A stretch of 27,656 nucleotides of DNA from a virus (lineage: Duplodnaviria; Caudoviricetes): positions 1-27,656 of the IMG/VR virus record IMGVR_UViG_3300031823_000101; one strand, written 5' to 3'. This document shows, piece after piece, positions 25,128 through 27,656 of the stretch. A program made the position numbers and the translations under genes. How positions within the stretch are numbered: the stretch's first letter is position 1; every line of letters begins with the position of its first letter. The notes under the pieces are model-generated. The model searched no databases, was not told the DNA's origin, and saw nothing but the letters and a program-made list of their open reading frames with translations.

Positions 25128-25840
25128 TCACAATCTGCCTCACGACATGGCCGCGGAGCAAGGAACGGGTCGAGTATTGCAAACAGGCGATCACGTCTGT
25201 TGCGTACAGAACTAAAAGCTTTGGCGACCTTCGCCATCATGTCGAAATTGTCTGCTCGATTGAGTCGCAGGAAGTCTCTCAGTCCGCAATGCGTGATCTG
25301 ACCGATTTCCTCTTCAATTCGACGGTCCGTTGGAGCGTCAAGAGAACGCCTGCCAATCTCGGTGCCAACCTCAATCGCGTAATGATGGGAGCCATCTGGC
25401 TCGGTGCCGACTATATCCTCCTGATGGACGACGACTACATGGTTCCGGCCCCGCTCGACCTCTCGCCGTACTGCGACTTTCTCGACGCCAATCAAAAGTT
25501 CGCGATGGTCCGCCTGTCGTGGACCGTGATCCCGGCAGGCGACCCGCGGAGCCACTGGATCAAGTTCAAGCCGGGCGAGATCGAGATGCCCAACGGCGGC
25601 AAGTTGCTCGAAGTCGACCCGCAGAGCACGTACTTTTACGCTCAGCAGCCTCACTTGCGACGGGCCAAGTTCCATCAGGAGTACGGCTGGCACAAAGAGG
25701 GCGGCAACCACGGCGAGCCGGAGTGTGAGTTGAACGCGGCGATCAAGGCCGGCAAGTGGCGAATGGCCGCGAGTCCCGTGCAGTTGTTCAAGGACTGTGG
25801 GGCTGTGAGTTCGATTAGCGATGTGGAGAGGTGGGCATGA
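25124..25840 (+). CDS. GT-A glycosyltransferase, family 2-like
   Basis: ITICLTTWPR, LGANLN, YILLMDDDY (DxD motif), PHLRR. Confidence 0.85.
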   Translation: MITICLTTWPRSKERVEYCKQAITSVAYRTKSFGDLRHHVEIVCSIESQEVSQSAMRDLTDFLFNSTVRWSVKRTPANLGANLNRVMMGAIWLGADYILLMDDDYMVPAPLDLSPYCDFLDANQKFAMVRLSWTVIPAGDPRSHWIKFKPGEIEMPNGGKLLEVDPQSTYFYAQQPHLRRAKFHQEYGWHKEGGNHGEPECELNAAIKAGKWRMAASPVQLFKDCGAVSSISDVERWA

Positions 25841-26061
25841 CCGGCAATATCGAGGACGCAGAGGAAAAACTGCCTAAGGCCAGAGATGACGCCGAGCGTG
25901 TCCTAATCGCTCTTTATTGCATGACCGATGGCGATCATACGATTCAAGGAATTTATGTTTGGCTCTGCCTTCGCGGCTACGAACTCGGCGGAGATCGGAT
26001 TAAAGAGGCACTGGAGCGACTTAAAACCAAGGGGCTTGTCGCAAAGGGACACTATGACTGA
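25837..26061 (+). CDS. Small protein with winged-helix-like C-terminus, 74 aa
   Basis: ATGA coupling; IKEALERLKTKGLV pattern. Confidence 0.55.
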   Translation: MTGNIEDAEEKLPKARDDAERVLIALYCMTDGDHTIQGIYVWLCLRGYELGGDRIKEALERLKTKGLVAKGHYD

Positions 26062-26347
26062 CGAACGACCGTTGAGCGATGCGGAGTTGGACGCGATCTG
26101 CTACCGCGTAAAGACATGGAGCCCGGAAGATCCGAGCTACGGAGCGGAGGGCATGATCTGCGATGAGCTTCCCCGCGTGGTCGCTGCCTTGCGTCTGGCG
26201 AGAGCGGCGATACTGGAGATGGTGCCGCTAGACATGCTCTTGTCTGTGGCTGGCGTAACCGCAAACGGACCGGCCATGGAATTCTCTCCGACGATCCGGC
26301 GTGACAAGGCCCGCCGCATCCTGCGGGCGTTGGGGAAAAGCGAATGA
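26054..26347 (+). CDS. Hypothetical phage accessory protein, 97 aa (MTDERPLSDAELDAI...)
   Basis: AAGGGA SD; LSDAELDAI...LPRVVAALR pattern common in small phage proteins. Confidence 0.6.
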   Translation: MTDERPLSDAELDAICYRVKTWSPEDPSYGAEGMICDELPRVVAALRLARAAILEMVPLDMLLSVAGVTANGPAMEFSPTIRRDKARRILRALGKSE

Positions 26348-26541
26348 AAGACAGGGTCGTTTGGTGGCCAAAAATCAAGGTTTGGCCCAAGTCGAAGAAA
26401 AAGCAGCGGAAGCGACTTGCCAAGCTTCAAAAGGCCCTCTTTCCAATCGTGGTCGCGGCGGTTACAACGAAGATCGTCACGGCACCGGAAGAAACGAGAG
26501 TCTTCGGATTCCAAGGCGAATCGGTCACGAAAGAGGGGTGA
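26344..26541 (+). CDS. Small basic hypothetical protein, 65 aa
   Basis: ATGA coupling with the previous gene. Confidence 0.55.
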   Translation: MKDRVVWWPKIKVWPKSKKKQRKRLAKLQKALFPIVVAAVTTKIVTAPEETRVFGFQGESVTKEG

Positions 26542-26544
26542 TTT

Positions 26545-27656
26545 ATCGCTCTCAACTATCTCGGCACAGGCGGTATTTTCCCGATCCTTGGCAAACTGAT
26601 CGGCCGCGTGAATTCGTACTACAATTTCGGTGCCACGACACTGCCAACGGACCTCGACACACTCATCGCCGCGATTTCAGCCGGAAACTTCGGCGACATC
26701 CTCTCACCGCTGCCGGGGTACTACTCGACCGCACAATCCGCGATCGCGTCAATCCGCCAGTCGGTCGCCAATCTAGCCAACAATCGGATGCTCGAATCGG
26801 ACGTGACCACGGGCCTAGGCGTGACGCAGACGAACATCGCAAGCGTGATGGCCGCGTTCCTCCCTCAGATGAAGTCCGACACGCAAACTGTTCTCAACAA
26901 CAACGTGACCATCGGCACGGTCACGGCGGCCGGATCGAACACCGGCAACGGCGTGGTGATGATCTCTCCCATCCTGGACGGCGTCACGGCTCCAGCCAAG
27001 TTCGCCGCGGCTCAAGCGGTTTACAACGGCGTGTCGAGCGAACTGCCAATAGCTGAGACAATGACGCTGACCTGCGTCAACGATTCGTACAGCGGCAACG
27101 TCACGGCCGGGCAAGAGCAGTTCCAGATCACGGGTCCGCTCGGCCAATCAAACGTCTGGGGCGTGGGTACGGAAGGCACCGGACAAGGCCCGACGATCAA
27201 GACGCTTCAGGCCGGTACGCAGTTGCAGAACATGGGATTCACGACGTTTGCTGGAAGCGTTCCAACCGGCTGGACGCTTGCGGCTGGTGCGGCCCCTGCG
27301 AACTGCCTGCAAGACACGTCGACCACGTTCTTTGGCGGATCGTCCGTGCAATTGCTCGGCGACGGCACGACAGCCACGATTCAACTGACGCAGGTGCCGA
27401 ATCGGCTCGTTCCGATGAAGCGGTATTGCTTCTGCGTCTGGTATCAGGCGTCAGTCGCGGCCACGTCCGCACAGCAGTTGTTGATCGAATTCACGGGCAC
27501 CGGGTACACAGCGGCATCGAGTGAGAAGATTTCGATCGCTGGCAACGCTTGGGCGACGACTTGGACGCTGGTGAGCTTTTATATCAACCTCCCGGCGACA
27601 CTGCCCGCCAATTTCACACTGACGATCACGTTGAGCGGCACTGTTCCAAGCGGAAC
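26545..27656 (+). CDS. Large virion structural protein (tail-associated, CBM-like LQNMGF...PTGW region), probable ATC start, runs off the right edge
   Basis: Absent from the track (no stop). The frame reads (M)ALNYLGTGGIFPILGKLIGRVN...SNTGNG...ETMTLTCVND... and appears open to the window end. SD-like GAGGGGTGA precedes ATC 26545. Confidence 0.75.
   Translation, partial: MALNYLGTGGIFPILGKLIGRVNSYYNFGATTLPTDLDTLIAAISAGNFGDILSPLPGYYSTAQSAIASIRQSVANLANNRMLESDVTTGLGVTQTNIASVMAAFLPQMKSDTQTVLNNNVTIGTVTAAGSNTGNGVVMISPILDGVTAPAKFAAAQAVYNGVSSELPIAETMTLTCVNDSYSGNVTAGQEQFQITGPLGQSNVWGVGTEGTGQGPTIKTLQAGTQLQNMGFTTFAGSVPTGWTLAAGAAPANCLQDTSTTFFGGSSVQLLGDGTTATIQLTQVPNRLVPMKRYCFCVWYQASVAATSAQQLLIEFTGTGYTAASSEKISIAGNAWATTWTLVSFYINLPATLPANFTLTITLSGTVPSG

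Noticed and set aside
18996-25840. Serotype-conversion (gtrABC-type) cassette
   Set aside because: No bactoprenol flippase or multi-TM GT-C enzyme; all the GTs look soluble.
2507-26541. Genome-wide TGA recoding to explain the two in-frame TGA junctions
   Set aside because: Many genes end in ATGA/GTGA/TTGA overlaps at sensible protein ends and Trp is encoded by TGG, so TGA is a normal stop. Only local readthrough remains possible.
26301-27056. 251-aa Arg-rich plus-strand ORF
   Set aside because: Off-frame shadow of the structural gene starting at 26545.

Overview
GC-rich tailed-phage (or prophage) segment with no host housekeeping genes, RNA genes, CRISPR array, terminase or integrase visible. 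The left two thirds (1-17890, minus strand) is a Mu-like morphogenesis operon. In order it encodes prohead protease/scaffold, head decoration protein, lambda-E-type major capsid, gp36-like connector, gpG-like virion morphogenesis protein, tail tube, a short tape-measure-like protein, a tail protein, a G/GT tail chaperone with a -1 frameshift, and then, unusually late, the portal. The portal is a polyprotein: DUF935-like portal + ART-PolyVal-like ADP-ribosyltransferase + gamma-glutamylcyclotransferase. A Q-[MF]-[SA] motif marks the domain junctions and recurs through the protease/scaffold, which suggests protease-released, virion-packaged effectors. The right third (18003-26541) is a modification island: a QueF-like T-fold + TGT/DpdA-like pair, three glycosyltransferases, two SAM methyltransferases and an NDP-sugar epimerase, interleaved with tiny accessory genes. 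A large structural gene follows and runs off the window. Non-coding signals include four promoters sharing a CATGTC box right after the -35, a 21-bp-phased repeat array beside a hairpin, two structural genes that seem to start at ATC, and a duplicated gene 3' end flanking an inserted small gene. All product calls come from motif recognition by eye, not from database searches.
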